A stretch of DNA of 64,000 nucleotides from an uncultured Bacteriovoracaceae bacterium (GTDB lineage Bacteria; Bdellovibrionota; UBA1018), in the NCBI GenBank assembly GCA_964563795.1, contig CAZLYB010000005.1, positions 2,031 through 66,030 on the forward strand. The letters run 5' to 3'. Positions 18,710 to 28,413 of this stretch are shown here, piece by piece. The position numbers and the translations under genes were made by a program. Below the pieces are notes generated by a model that saw nothing but the letters and a program-made list of their open reading frames with translations, was not told the origin of the DNA and did not search any database. Numbering within the stretch: the first letter of the stretch is position 1; every line of letters starts with the position of its first letter.

Positions 18710-19357
18710 TTATTGCAAATTCTTCAATGAAGCAAAGGCTGAATGCGAAAAAAGCTTGCTGCAGGCGCAGTTTCCGCGGTTGAAGTCGATTCCGCAGCTG
18801 GGGCAGACCCCTTTGCAGTCCTCTTTGCAGAGCGGCTGAAAAGGGATTTGCAGCCGAAGCTGCTCGGTGAGGACGTCACTGAGTTCAATGAAGTCCTCAG
18901 TGAGAAACGTCATTTCAAAATCGGAGGAATCTTCGTCATGCGCCCGCCCATGCAGTTGTTTGGAGGGGTGACCTCGGTGGTCCACCCCGGCCAAAACGGG
19001 GTCTTGGCAGAACAAAGCGGAAAATTGAGTGTCGCAGGGGAGCCGAAATGATTGGCCGCAGCGGCTGCAAAGGAGGTTCAGGGAAGTGGCGATTTTTCCT
19101 GTGATGACAACCACTTCGTCGACTTTTCGAAGGTTGAAGTGAAGATCGGCCGCACGGAGCTTGGGCTTGTTGGTCAGCCCGCGTGCCAAGTTCAGGGCGC
19201 TGGTTTGATCATCATCAAATTCATCGAGATTTTCGATGGCTTTGATGACCCAGGCATCCTTCTCTGAGAAGTCGAGAAGCTTCTCTTGTTGAGTAATTTC
19301 GTTCAGATGGACTTTCATAAAGGTGACGACATTACCCGGGAATAGGGTGGGTGTCAA
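18710..19357 (-). CDS. YceD/DUF177-family protein (large-subunit ribosomal assembly-associated)
   Basis: It sits immediately upstream of rpmF, as in the canonical yceD-rpmF arrangement. It has the CSRC...C..DCKGVCPSCG Cys motifs typical of DUF177. The more likely start is the internal ATG at 19318 (MKVHLNEIT). Confidence 0.75.
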   Translation of the reverse strand: MTPTLFPGNVVTFMKVHLNEITQQEKLLDFSEKDAWVIKAIENLDEFDDDQTSALNLARGLTNKPKLRAADLHFNLRKVDEVVVITGKIATSLNLLCSRCGQSFRLPCDTQFSALFCQDPVLAGVDHRGHPSKQLHGRAHDEDSSDFEMTFLTEDFIELSDVLTEQLRLQIPFQPLCKEDCKGVCPSCGIDFNRGNCACSKLFSHSAFASLKNLQ

Positions 19358-19413
19358 ATAGTCGGTTATTGGGTTAAGGAGGGCCTCTTATCTGCGAGGT
19401 TGATCATCTCGGT

Positions 19414-20430
19414 TCATCTCTCAATGCGTGCGGGCTGGCTCGAAGTGCACGCTGCGTATCGCTTGAGTAGCGCTTTCTTGGAATCGCCCGTCCGCATCGC
19501 CTCTGCCATCACCCAGCGCCGAAAGGCCTCTGGCAAAAGCAAACCGCCCCCCGCGAGTGCGCCGTTTTCAAGTCGGCACGCGCCATCCACATTCCTCACC
19601 TTGAGCGGCCCGAACTGAAACCACTGATTCGCTGGCATCCCCGCTGCGGTCACGCAATCGGATACAAAGCAGATTCGATTTCTGGGATGCAGTTTGAGCG
19701 TCCAGTCGATCACTGTAGGATGCACATGGACTTGATCCAAAATGAGTTCAATCCAAACGTTGGGATTGCCGAGTGCCGCGCCCAAAACGCCTGGGGCCCG
19801 CTGATGAAAATTCAACGCGTTCCACGCATGGGTGACTTGGCTAAATCCGGAATCGAACGCTCGCGTGGCCTGTTCTTGAGTTGCCTGTGAGTGCCCGATG
19901 GAGAGGCGGATGCGACGGGGCTTTGCCCACTCCGTGAGGGCTAGAAGTTCGCGCTTGGAAAGCGCCTCAGGGGCCAAAGTGACGATTCGGATCGTCTTTT
20001 GGCTCAGTTCCCAAAGTTCTTTGAGCTCAGAGAGCTGAAAGGGTCGCAAAAACTGGGGAGGGTGAGCCCCACAGCACTGGGTATTGAGATAAGGCCCTTC
20101 CAAATGGATCCCCAGGGGGCGGGTTTTGGGGGTTCGATCTCCAGAATGGGCACGAAACTGAGTGATCCATTGGCCAAGTCGCTGGACCGTTTCTTTCAGC
20201 TGCGGCCAATCCGATGAAACTGTGGTAGGACAAAAAGCAGCCATCCCAGCCTTCCAAAGGCGTTGGGTGAGCCAATCGAGTTGAGAAATGGGGGCGCTTG
20301 AAAGGTCCACGCCAAATGCCCCATGAAAATGCAGATCGACCGCTTGAACTTGATTTAACAAGGACTTTGGTGAAATGGTCTTGACTGCGGCACGGTTGCG
20401 TGGCACCTCAAAAAACATATCATGCTGCAA
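19414..20430 (-). CDS. N-acetylglucosamine-6-phosphate deacetylase-like amidohydrolase
   Basis: 338 aa with NagA-like blocks DLHFHGAFGVD, IHLEGPY, VTLAPE, IGHSQAT, THAWNA and FVSDC. Confidence 0.65.
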   Translation of the reverse strand: MQHDMFFEVPRNRAAVKTISPKSLLNQVQAVDLHFHGAFGVDLSSAPISQLDWLTQRLWKAGMAAFCPTTVSSDWPQLKETVQRLGQWITQFRAHSGDRTPKTRPLGIHLEGPYLNTQCCGAHPPQFLRPFQLSELKELWELSQKTIRIVTLAPEALSKRELLALTEWAKPRRIRLSIGHSQATQEQATRAFDSGFSQVTHAWNALNFHQRAPGVLGAALGNPNVWIELILDQVHVHPTVIDWTLKLHPRNRICFVSDCVTAAGMPANQWFQFGPLKVRNVDGACRLENGALAGGGLLLPEAFRRWVMAEAMRTGDSKKALLKRYAACTSSQPARIER

Positions 20431-21045
20431 TTACACAAGAAAGTGATATCCCTCATGAGTCTGACAAAGAACAAAAGGCCCGCGCCCGCAACTGCCAAGA
20501 AGGCAGCTCCAGCCCCGGCCAAAGCGAAACCTCAACCCTCAGCAGCCAAGAAAAAGGCGGAACCCAAACCCGTTGCAGTCGCCGCGAGCTCTGCCAAAAC
20601 AGCCCCCGCCCCTCAGAAAGCAGCGGGAAAAGAAAAGAAAAGCGGTTCAGCCGCGGGTAAGAGAGCTTCTTCGGGCAGCCGGGGCGGCTCGAATTTGCAC
20701 AGCTCGGAGATGTGCCGAGAGGTAGCTTGCGAAGGCCTTTCCACGACTGGCGGGTATTGCCGGCTGCACTACATCAAAAATTGGAAAAAGATCAAACGCA
20801 AGGAACTCATCCTGAAGGAGAAGAAGCTCAATCAATATATTGAGGAATTGGTCGCCAAGTACCCGGATAAATACATCGAGGCGATTCGCCAGGATTTGGC
20901 GAGCGACAAGGATTTCGCCAAAGTGATTTATGACTTGGATCTTGACGAAGGAGTGGATGATTTTGACGTCGAGGGTGGGGAGTCCGTGGATTCGGTGATT
21001 GACACGATCCGGCGCGACTTTGATGACGAAGGTGAGGGCTTCTAA
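20422..21045 (+). CDS. Lys/Ala/Pro-rich histone H1/AlgP-like protein with a central CCCH knuckle and an acidic tail
   Basis: The N-terminus is KKAAPAPAKAKPQPSAAKKKAEPKP.... This is followed by CREVACEGLSTTGGYCRLHY (C-x4-C-x9-C-x2-H), a basic helix (KNWKKIKRKELILKEKK) and an acidic C-terminus (DLDLDEGVDDFDVEGGE...DDEGEGF). A more plausible start is the ATG at 20455 (MSLTKNK). Confidence 0.6.
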   Translation: MLQLHKKVISLMSLTKNKRPAPATAKKAAPAPAKAKPQPSAAKKKAEPKPVAVAASSAKTAPAPQKAAGKEKKSGSAAGKRASSGSRGGSNLHSSEMCREVACEGLSTTGGYCRLHYIKNWKKIKRKELILKEKKLNQYIEELVAKYPDKYIEAIRQDLASDKDFAKVIYDLDLDEGVDDFDVEGGESVDSVIDTIRRDFDDEGEGF

Positions 21046-21051
21046 AGCCGC

Positions 21052-21585
21052 TCAATGAAGTTTTTTTCGGCTCGGATCGTTTTGATCGAGCCATTGATCC
21101 GCGAGCTGATCCAGCTTGAGGTTCGTGCGGTCGACTTTGAAGTAGATCGTGTGCTTTCTTGCCGGGGCTTCCGTCCATCGCAAGGGGAGGCCTTCAATCT
21201 GGCTCAGAGGCTGACTCTGGATCGCTTCCCAATCCGCGAGATTTTTTTTCGACAAGAGCACTGAAAAAAGCGACTCGAGCGCATCCACGCACTCGGAGAG
21301 CAGGTCGTGGAGCGAAGGGGCGCTCGCCTGGGGATCGAAGTCGCAGCTTGCGAATCCCGAATAAGCTTGAATTTGGTTGGACTGGGTCAAAGAAACGCAA
21401 AGAACAATTTCATCCGCGAATACTTCACCGTACACTTCAAAGCTCGGCGTGGAGCGGGCGGAAGTGAGCTCTTTCAGCTCGCCCTGATAATGCGTTCCAA
21501 AGACCCCCCTCACGAGTTTGAGGTAGTCGTGCGGGAGGAGGGAGGGTTTGCCGGATTTATTGTTTCTGCGTTCGAGGGTTTGCAT
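21052..21585 (-). CDS. Hypothetical protein
   Basis: 177-aa ORF lying between convergent and co-directional neighbours. I recognise no motifs. Confidence 0.45.
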   Translation of the reverse strand: MQTLERRNNKSGKPSLLPHDYLKLVRGVFGTHYQGELKELTSARSTPSFEVYGEVFADEIVLCVSLTQSNQIQAYSGFASCDFDPQASAPSLHDLLSECVDALESLFSVLLSKKNLADWEAIQSQPLSQIEGLPLRWTEAPARKHTIYFKVDRTNLKLDQLADQWLDQNDPSRKKLH

Positions 21586-21602
21586 GAAAGTTCTTTCCTA
21601 TT

Positions 21603-22748
21603 TTAGATCATTCCCGCAGGCAATTTTTCAAGTCGGGGGAGTTCTTTGAGTTGGAGGATGAGCTCCAGTTTTTTCTTTCCACGCTGGATTTGCGCTGAAA
21701 GCTTGTCGTCGGGCTTGTGCTTGGCCAGAATGCGCTCGGCTTCGTTGGGTTCGAGCGTCGGGGTGCCCGCAAGGCTCAGCAGAATATCGCCCTGCTGAAG
21801 CCCCGCGAGATCGGCGGGGCCCTCCGAAACCAGGTTGTAAATGAGAACGCCTTTGTTTGAGCCGAGTCGGTAATAACGGGCCAAGGGAAGGGTGACTTTT
21901 TCGCCGAGAATTCCCAGCCAAGGCCGAACGACGCGGCCCAATTTTTTAAGATCCGGGAGACTGTTCTTGGCTTCATTGACCGGGATGGCGAATCCAAGCC
22001 CCCCGCTTTGCCCCGTCTTTGAAAAAATCACGGTATTGATCCCGATCACTTCCCCTTTCAGGTTGAACAAGGGGCCGCCGCTGTTTCCAGGATTGATGGA
22101 GGCATCAGTTTGGAGAAAATTATCAAAAGGCCCTTGGCCGATGGTGCGGTTTTTCGCGCTGATGATCCCCAAGGTCACGGTGTGCTGAAGCCCGAAAGGA
22201 TTGCCGACCGCGAAGACGGATTCGGCGATGCGGACCGTCTCGGAGTTCCCGAGGATCACGGGCTTCAGGTCCTTTGGCGGCGTTTTCTTCCCTTTTTCCT
22301 GAATCTGCAGGAGGGCTAAATCCGTTTTCTGATCTTTCCCGACGATCCTCGCCGTGAATTGCCGTTTATCCAAGAGCGTGACCGCCACTTCATCGGCTTG
22401 ATCGACGACATGGTCATTGGTGAGGATGTATCCCTCGGAATCAATCAAAAGACCGGAGCCCAGCGAGGTCTGCTTTCTTTCTTGGGGAATGCCCCAGAGC
22501 CGCATGAATTCATCCATTCCCAAAACTTGCGTCGTGTAAATCGTCGTCGAGCTGATGTTGACCACGCTGGGAAGGATTTTTTCGACAAGATCTGGAAGGT
22601 TGGGCGGAGGAGGGGGAGAGGCCCACGCAACGCCGACATCGGAGTGGGGAGAGGTGGCTGAAGGGGCGCTTGACAGCGAAGAAGAGGGTGATTTTTGGCA
22701 GCTTGTCAGTAGGGTCAGCAGGAGGCAAAATCGAATCGCTTTGGGCAT
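21603..22748 (-). CDS. HtrA/DegP-family serine protease with one PDZ domain (lipoprotein)
   Basis: Catalytic blocks TNDHVV, DLALLQI and GNSGGPLFN, with a PDZ-like GVLIYNLVSEGPADLAGLQQGDIL. I chose the start at 22748 (MPKAIRFCLLLTLLTSC, which contains a lipobox). The track ORF extends to 22826. Confidence 0.88.
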   Translation of the reverse strand: MPKAIRFCLLLTLLTSCQKSPSSSLSSAPSATSPHSDVGVAWASPPPPPNLPDLVEKILPSVVNISSTTIYTTQVLGMDEFMRLWGIPQERKQTSLGSGLLIDSEGYILTNDHVVDQADEVAVTLLDKRQFTARIVGKDQKTDLALLQIQEKGKKTPPKDLKPVILGNSETVRIAESVFAVGNPFGLQHTVTLGIISAKNRTIGQGPFDNFLQTDASINPGNSGGPLFNLKGEVIGINTVIFSKTGQSGGLGFAIPVNEAKNSLPDLKKLGRVVRPWLGILGEKVTLPLARYYRLGSNKGVLIYNLVSEGPADLAGLQQGDILLSLAGTPTLEPNEAERILAKHKPDDKLSAQIQRGKKKLELILQLKELPRLEKLPAGMI

Positions 22749-22824
22749 TTGCAATGGACCTCGTTCAGAGTTAGTTTCAGTAGCAAAAAACCGCCCGCTT
22801 TGCGAGGGGAAGGAGAGCATTTTC

Positions 22825-24000
22825 ATGACGGAAGCTTGGATCGTTGGGACGGCTCGTACGCCGATCGGAAGTTTTCAAGGTAGTTTGGCTTCGGTGCCCG
22901 CGCCAAAATTAGGAGCCGCGGCGATTCAAGGCGCCTTGTCGCGCGCCGGGGTAAAGCCCCAATCCGTGTCGGAGGTCATCCTGGGCAACGTGCTTTCGGC
23001 TGGGGTGGGGCAGGCTCCCGCCCGGCAGGCCCTGATTTATTCGGGCATCCCGAATTCCGTACCCGCGATGACGATCAATAAAGTTTGTGGAAGCGGCATG
23101 AAGGCCATCATGCTCGGCGTTCAGTCCATCCTAACCGGCGAGAGCGAGATCGTGGTCTCGGGCGGGATGGAAAGTATGAGCCTTTCCCCTTATCTGCTTG
23201 AAAACGCGCGTTCGGGTTTTCGAATGGGGCATCAAAGCGCCGTGGATTCGATGATCCGCGACGGTCTGTGGGATCCCTACCAGAGTCAGCATATGGGCCA
23301 GTGCGCCGAGCTTTGCGCTCGCGAACGCCAATTCTCGCGCCAAGCTCAGGATGATTACGCCATTCAGAGCTTCAAGCGCGCCCAAGAAGCGCAAAAGCAG
23401 GGCAAGTTCAAGGTGGAGATCGCGCCAGTGCAGGTCCCCTCCAAAAAGGAACCGATCATCGTGGATCAAGACGAAGGCCCCGGCAAAGCGCAGTTCGATA
23501 AGATTCCCGGGCTGAAGCCGGTGTTCGATCCCAAGGGAACCGTGACCGCGGCGAACGCTTCGACCATCAATGACGGCGCGGCGGCGCTGGTGCTCGCTTC
23601 AACGGATGCGGTTAAAAAACACGGGCTCAAGCCTTTGGCCAAAATCGTGTCCTCCGGCACGTTCGCGCAGGACCCCAATTGGTTTACCACTTCGCCGATC
23701 GAGGCGATGCGGCGCGCTCTCACCAAGGCGAATTGGCCGATGGAGAGCGTGGATCTCGTCGAGGTGAATGAGGCGTTCGCGGTCGTCGCGCTCGCGGTTC
23801 AAAAAGAGCTCGGCATTCCCAATGAGAAGTACAACGTCTGGGGCGGAGCGATCTCGCTCGGGCATCCGATCGGGGCGAGCGGTGCGCGCATCGTGGTGAC
23901 GCTGCTTTCGGCGCTGATGGATCGGGGCCTAAAACGCGGGATGGCGGGCATTTGCATCGGGGGCGGAGAAGGCACGGCTCTCTGCATTGAGCGCGTATGA
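22825..24000 (+). CDS. Acetyl-CoA acetyltransferase (thiolase II)
   Basis: I chose the start MTEAWIVGTARTPIGSF. Active-site blocks are NKVCGSGMKA, NEAFA and GGAISLGHPIGASG, with a C-terminal CIGGGEG. Confidence 0.95.
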   Translation: MTEAWIVGTARTPIGSFQGSLASVPAPKLGAAAIQGALSRAGVKPQSVSEVILGNVLSAGVGQAPARQALIYSGIPNSVPAMTINKVCGSGMKAIMLGVQSILTGESEIVVSGGMESMSLSPYLLENARSGFRMGHQSAVDSMIRDGLWDPYQSQHMGQCAELCARERQFSRQAQDDYAIQSFKRAQEAQKQGKFKVEIAPVQVPSKKEPIIVDQDEGPGKAQFDKIPGLKPVFDPKGTVTAANASTINDGAAALVLASTDAVKKHGLKPLAKIVSSGTFAQDPNWFTTSPIEAMRRALTKANWPMESVDLVEVNEAFAVVALAVQKELGIPNEKYNVWGGAISLGHPIGASGARIVVTLLSALMDRGLKRGMAGICIGGGEGTALCIERV

Positions 24001-24689
24001 ATAAGATCGTCGCCGACGCGCGGGAAGCCACGCGCGACATCGCGGATGGCGCGGTGCTCGCGATCGGGGGCTTCGGGCTCTGCGGAATCCCCGAGAATTG
24101 CATTCAGGCGCTCGTCGAGCGGGGAACGAAGAACCTCACTTGCATCTCGAACAACGCGGGCGTCGATGACTTTGGAATCGGACTCATGCTGCAAAAGCGG
24201 CAAGTCAAAAAAATGATCGCAAGCTACGTGGGCGAGAACAAGCTCTTCGAGTCGCTGTTCTTGAGTGGCGAGATGGAAGTGGAGCTCACGCCGCAAGGCA
24301 CTCTCGCGGAGAAGCTTCGCGCCGCGGGCGCCGGGATTCCCGCGTTCTATACTCCAACGGGAGTGGGAACGAAGATCGCCGAAGGGAAGGAAACGCGCGA
24401 GTTCCATGGGCGCAAGTTCATCTTGGAGCAGGCGCTCCACGCGGATTTCGGGCTCGTGAAAGCGTGGAAGGGCGATGCGTGGGGCAATCTCGTGTTTAGA
24501 AAAACCGCGCGCAACTTCAATCCGTTGGTCGCGGTCGCGGGGAAGATCACGATCGCGGAGGTGGAGGAGCTCGTGCCGCTCGGGGCGCTCGATCCCGATC
24601 AGGTTCACGTCCCCGGCATTTACGTGAAGCGGATTTTTCAGGGAAAAAACTATCAAAAGCGAATTGAGAAACGGACGGTACGCTCATGA
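23997..24689 (+). CDS. 3-oxoacid CoA-transferase subunit A
   Basis: 230 aa with the [11 protein letters not shown] block, coupled to the thiolase by an ATGA overlap. Confidence 0.9.
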   Translation: MNKIVADAREATRDIADGAVLAIGGFGLCGIPENCIQALVERGTKNLTCISNNAGVDDFGIGLMLQKRQVKKMIASYVGENKLFESLFLSGEMEVELTPQGTLAEKLRAAGAGIPAFYTPTGVGTKIAEGKETREFHGRKFILEQALHADFGLVKAWKGDAWGNLVFRKTARNFNPLVAVAGKITIAEVEELVPLGALDPDQVHVPGIYVKRIFQGKNYQKRIEKRTVRS

Positions 24690-25357
24690 GCGCTACAATA
24701 GGGCTCACGCGCGAGCAGATCGCGATGCGCATCGCCCAGGAACTCAAAGACGGCTACACGGTGAATTTGGGAATTGGAATTCCCACGTTGGTGGCCAATT
24801 ACATTCCTCAAGGCATGACGGTAATCCTCCAAAGTGAGAACGGAATCTTGGGCGTAGGTCCTTATCCAGGCGCCGCCGAGATCGATCCCGATCTCATCAA
24901 CGCGGGCAAGGAGACGGTGACTGTGCTCCCCGGAAGCGCGTTTTTTTCAAGCGCAGATTCGTTTGCGATGATCCGCGGAGGCCATGTGGATCTGACCGTG
25001 CTGGGCGCCATGGAAGTCGATGAGCGAGGCGATCTCGCCAATTGGATGGTACCTGGCAAAGTCGTCAAGGGCATGGGTGGCGCGATGGATTTGGTGGCGG
25101 GCGCCAAGAATGTGATCGTGGCCATGCAGCACGTCTCGAAGGATGGAGCGAGCAAGATTCTGTCCCGCTGCACGCTCCCGCTCACAGGCGTGGGTGTGGT
25201 GAATAAAGTGGTGACTGAGCTCGCGCTGCTCGAGCGCACGGCGGAGGGCTTCGTGCTCCGTGAGCGCGCGCCGGGGGTCAGCGTCGAGCAGATCAGGCGA
25301 GCAACCGCGGCCAAAATGCATGCTCCGGCATCCGTGCCGGAGATGTGTTTGAATTGA
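24686..25357 (+). CDS. 3-oxoacid CoA-transferase subunit B
   Basis: 223 aa with the LQSENGILG block (catalytic Glu context), coupled to subunit A by an ATGA overlap. Confidence 0.9.
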   Translation: MSATIGLTREQIAMRIAQELKDGYTVNLGIGIPTLVANYIPQGMTVILQSENGILGVGPYPGAAEIDPDLINAGKETVTVLPGSAFFSSADSFAMIRGGHVDLTVLGAMEVDERGDLANWMVPGKVVKGMGGAMDLVAGAKNVIVAMQHVSKDGASKILSRCTLPLTGVGVVNKVVTELALLERTAEGFVLRERAPGVSVEQIRRATAAKMHAPASVPEMCLN

Positions 25358-25368
25358 ACGGCAACGCT

Positions 25369-27468
25369 TTAATAGCGCTTCAAATCCCCGAATTTGGGGA
25401 GCACTTTATCGTTGTAGTATCTCCAGATCTCGTATTGGCTCATTTTCGCGCCGTTTTGATCGCTGCCCTGGACCAGTGAGGGGAGACCTTCCGCTTCCAT
25501 CGTGAGATCGCGCATCAATGAGACCAGAAAAATCTTCAGATTATGAGCGGACTTTTGGTACCAGTCGCCCAGGCTGACGATCTTCTCGTGATCCCCGTCA
25601 AATTGCTCGAACGCCGCTTTCCACCATTCGATTCTCGAGAAAGTCATTCTGGCGTCTTGCGTTTTTTTCTGAGTTTTCTCGGGGAGACGGTTGAATTGAG
25701 CGAGGCTTTCGTCAAGGGATCGGCTCAATTCAATGAGGTGAGGCGTCAGCGATTGAAGCTCCGCTTTTTCAGTGAGCGTCAGGATTCGGTTCGCATGGGC
25801 CTTGATTTTCAAGAGTTGATCCTTCAATTGATCTGCGGGATCAGCTGAGAGCGCGAGAGCTACGGATTTCGGGTCTTCGCCGGGGTTCAATAACTTGCAG
25901 CTGAATCGGTAATGAGTTTCCGAATCGCTTTTGCCCTCAGCAGCTACTGAGAAGGCGACATTGAAGGATTCAACCGCCCCTCTTTTCAAGATCAACGCCG
26001 CTGGGATGGGCCACGCTTCATTTTCATTCCGAGCCGTCAAAAGCCCGCCCTGTATGTCTTTCATGCGAATCATCATTCTTTCATTGGGCTGCGTTGACTC
26101 TGGATTGAGGCTGACGGTCAGTCCCAGCTCAAAATCAGGTCTTGGGCGCTCCAATTGAAAGTGGACATGTATGGCTCGCCCTCCGCTTTGAGGATGGTCC
26201 GGCTCGATTCGAAAGGCGTAAAATTCATTATCAGGCGCATTATGCCTGAGAAGAGGATGCTGAATCGTGATCGGCGCATTTTCATTCAGGGATTCATTTC
26301 GAAATGCGCACGCGATTTCTTGGAGCGGGTCCCAGATTTTAGCGGGAGTTTTGATCCCGGTGATGGACCTTCCGGTGCCGCCTTTCTTATAAAAATCTTT
26401 CGCCGAGGGCAGGCTCAGCGCGAGCTTGGCGTGAGTGCCATCCGGAAAGATTTCCTTCGCGTCCCGGTCCACGAACAACGAGATCTCGTTGAGAATCGAA
26501 AAAGTCTTGAAATGCAGAACCGTCGTTTGATCGATAAGTCTTGTGAAATCTCCCACTGGGACCTGGGTCCGAGCGAGTTCGGGCCGGACATCCTTGAAGT
26601 CATGGCAAAACCCGAAAGCTTGTTCCACGCTGGAAAAATAAGCCTCCAGGGACTCGTGGAGCGCTGCGGGATAAGGGGATTTTTTCGGGTCTGTTTCTGC
26701 GTCAAAGTCGAGCTGGCTCAGGGTTTTTCCGAATTCTTCGAGGCTCGAGCAAATCTCGTCCCCGTTGCTTTTTGAGACTAATTGGGTCTGGATTTTTTTC
26801 AACATGCCGCTGAGCTCCTCGGAGGCACCTTGGAGCCTTGCAATTCGCTCGGGGTTTGGCATCAGAATCGCTTTATGCTTCAGAATCGCTTTTTGCAGGC
26901 TGATTGCTGCGTGTTGATTGAATCCATAGATGTGGGCGAGCTCGTGGCCGATCAGCGCGCGTAGTTCTAAATCCAGTGCACTCGGGGGAATGCGGGTGAG
27001 CTTTTCCTGGTTGAGGAAGATTTTCCCGCTTTGCGTGACGCACGCCTCTTCTTCAGCGCTCTCTTGCTTGATGCAGGGCGAGGTTTGAATCGTTTCGATC
27101 TCAGGCCCGGGGGACTTCAAGAGTTCGTTGATTCCAAGGGTCTTGGTAGAGGTGCCCTCGAGAATCCCTTTGAAGACTTCATTCGCTTTGGGTTCAAAGC
27201 GGGAGTTCCCTCCTTGAATTTCAAGCTCGGCGCGGTGAAAGATGTTTCGAAGCTGATGCTGCCAGTCTTGAGTGGCCGCGACAATTTCTTCGGGAGTGCT
27301 CTTGGATCCGCTGCCGCCGGATCCATCCACCCCTCCTGAGCTTGCCGCTGAGGAATGGTCCGTGGTGCGGGCAGGCTGGTCTTTCCCACATCCGTTTCCG
27401 AGAAGTATCAAGAACACCAAGCTCGTCGCCTGAAACCCTGCTTTTTTATATAGTTTCAATTTTTCCAT
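25369..27468 (-). CDS. Lipoprotein with HExxH zinc-metalloprotease motif, otherwise unknown
   Basis: 699 aa. It has a signal/lipobox (SLVFLILLGNGC) and a single LIGHELAHIYGF motif about 180 aa in. The remainder is unassignable. Confidence 0.55.
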   Translation of the reverse strand: MEKLKLYKKAGFQATSLVFLILLGNGCGKDQPARTTDHSSAASSGGVDGSGGSGSKSTPEEIVAATQDWQHQLRNIFHRAELEIQGGNSRFEPKANEVFKGILEGTSTKTLGINELLKSPGPEIETIQTSPCIKQESAEEEACVTQSGKIFLNQEKLTRIPPSALDLELRALIGHELAHIYGFNQHAAISLQKAILKHKAILMPNPERIARLQGASEELSGMLKKIQTQLVSKSNGDEICSSLEEFGKTLSQLDFDAETDPKKSPYPAALHESLEAYFSSVEQAFGFCHDFKDVRPELARTQVPVGDFTRLIDQTTVLHFKTFSILNEISLFVDRDAKEIFPDGTHAKLALSLPSAKDFYKKGGTGRSITGIKTPAKIWDPLQEIACAFRNESLNENAPITIQHPLLRHNAPDNEFYAFRIEPDHPQSGGRAIHVHFQLERPRPDFELGLTVSLNPESTQPNERMMIRMKDIQGGLLTARNENEAWPIPAALILKRGAVESFNVAFSVAAEGKSDSETHYRFSCKLLNPGEDPKSVALALSADPADQLKDQLLKIKAHANRILTLTEKAELQSLTPHLIELSRSLDESLAQFNRLPEKTQKKTQDARMTFSRIEWWKAAFEQFDGDHEKIVSLGDWYQKSAHNLKIFLVSLMRDLTMEAEGLPSLVQGSDQNGAKMSQYEIWRYYNDKVLPKFGDLKRY

Positions 27469-27555
27469 ATCAAATCTCCTTGAGTGGGAGAGGTATGACG
27501 CGAGAGGCTATATCTTTCTATATAAAATTAGTCAATTTTAGCCTTAAAAGATAAC

Positions 27556-27594
27556 TAACTAGATAATTTAAAATTATAACTATCTAGTTATAAT
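27556..27594. promoter_or_regulatory. Perfect 10-bp inverted repeat overlapping a consensus -10 box upstream of the DUF4423-like regulator gene
   Basis: taactagata (27556-27565) and tatctagtta (27581-27590) are exact reverse complements with a 15-nt spacer. TATAAT lies at 27589-27594 and a possible -35 TTTAAA at 27567-27572. Confidence 0.45.
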
Positions 27595-28405
27595 GAAAAA
27601 TATGGATATTTATAAATTTAACTCATACAAAGAATACGTTAATGAAAAAGTTAAGTTAATGCCTCAGCGGGGTCGCGGTCAGTTTCGAAAGATGGCTGAG
27701 GTGCTTCGAGTGCATCCTGTGTACATGACGCAAGTTTTACGGGGTGAGAAAGAGATTTCGTTTGAGCATGGGTTGAGGCTCGCCTCTTATCTGCGGCTCA
27801 ATGAACGCGAAAAAGAATTCTTCATGCTTCTACTTCAGCATGCTCGTGCGGGTGATGCGGAACTCAGAGAGTATTGCGGGAAAAGAATCGAGGAGTTCCG
27901 CGAGAAATCCCAGGAGTTGAGCGAGCGGCTTCGGCAGAAGCAGGAACTGACCGAAGCGACCCGAGCCGTTTTTTATTCAAGCTGGATTTATAGCGGGGTC
28001 AGGCTTTTGAGTTCTGTCTCGGGGTTCCATTCGCCCGCGCAAATCGCCGCTTATTTCAAATTGTCGATTGAGGTGGTGCAGGAGGTGGTGGATTTTTTAG
28101 TTGATGCGGGGCTTTGCCTGTTTGAGGGCGGTGAGCTTAAAATCGGGCCAGCCGTCACCCATTTGGAGTCAGGGTCGCTTTTGGTGAAGTCACGTCAGGT
28201 TCAGTGGAGGGCAAAGGCGCTGGAGAGAATGGATCATCGAGCGCCAGATGAGCTTTTCTACACGGGGCCGATGGCGCTTTCGCGCGAGGCTCGAGCGCAG
28301 ATTCGACAAGAGCTGTTGGAGCTCATCGAGAGGGCGACGAAGCTCGCTTCTGAGTCGCCCTCTGAAGAACTGAGTTGCCTGAATATTGATTGGTTCAGCT
28401 TTTAG
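27593..28405 (+). CDS. DUF4423/TIGR02147-like HTH protein
   Basis: 270 aa. The N-terminal YKEYVNEKVKLMPQRGRGQFRKMAEVLRVHPVYMTQVLRGEKEIS resembles the HTH region of the TIGR02147 paralogous family, judged from memory of that family. The true start may be the ATG at 27602, with a leaderless mRNA or a very short leader. Confidence 0.5.
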   Translation: MKNMDIYKFNSYKEYVNEKVKLMPQRGRGQFRKMAEVLRVHPVYMTQVLRGEKEISFEHGLRLASYLRLNEREKEFFMLLLQHARAGDAELREYCGKRIEEFREKSQELSERLRQKQELTEATRAVFYSSWIYSGVRLLSSVSGFHSPAQIAAYFKLSIEVVQEVVDFLVDAGLCLFEGGELKIGPAVTHLESGSLLVKSRQVQWRAKALERMDHRAPDELFYTGPMALSREARAQIRQELLELIERATKLASESPSEELSCLNIDWFSF

Positions 28406-28413
28406 TGTTCACG

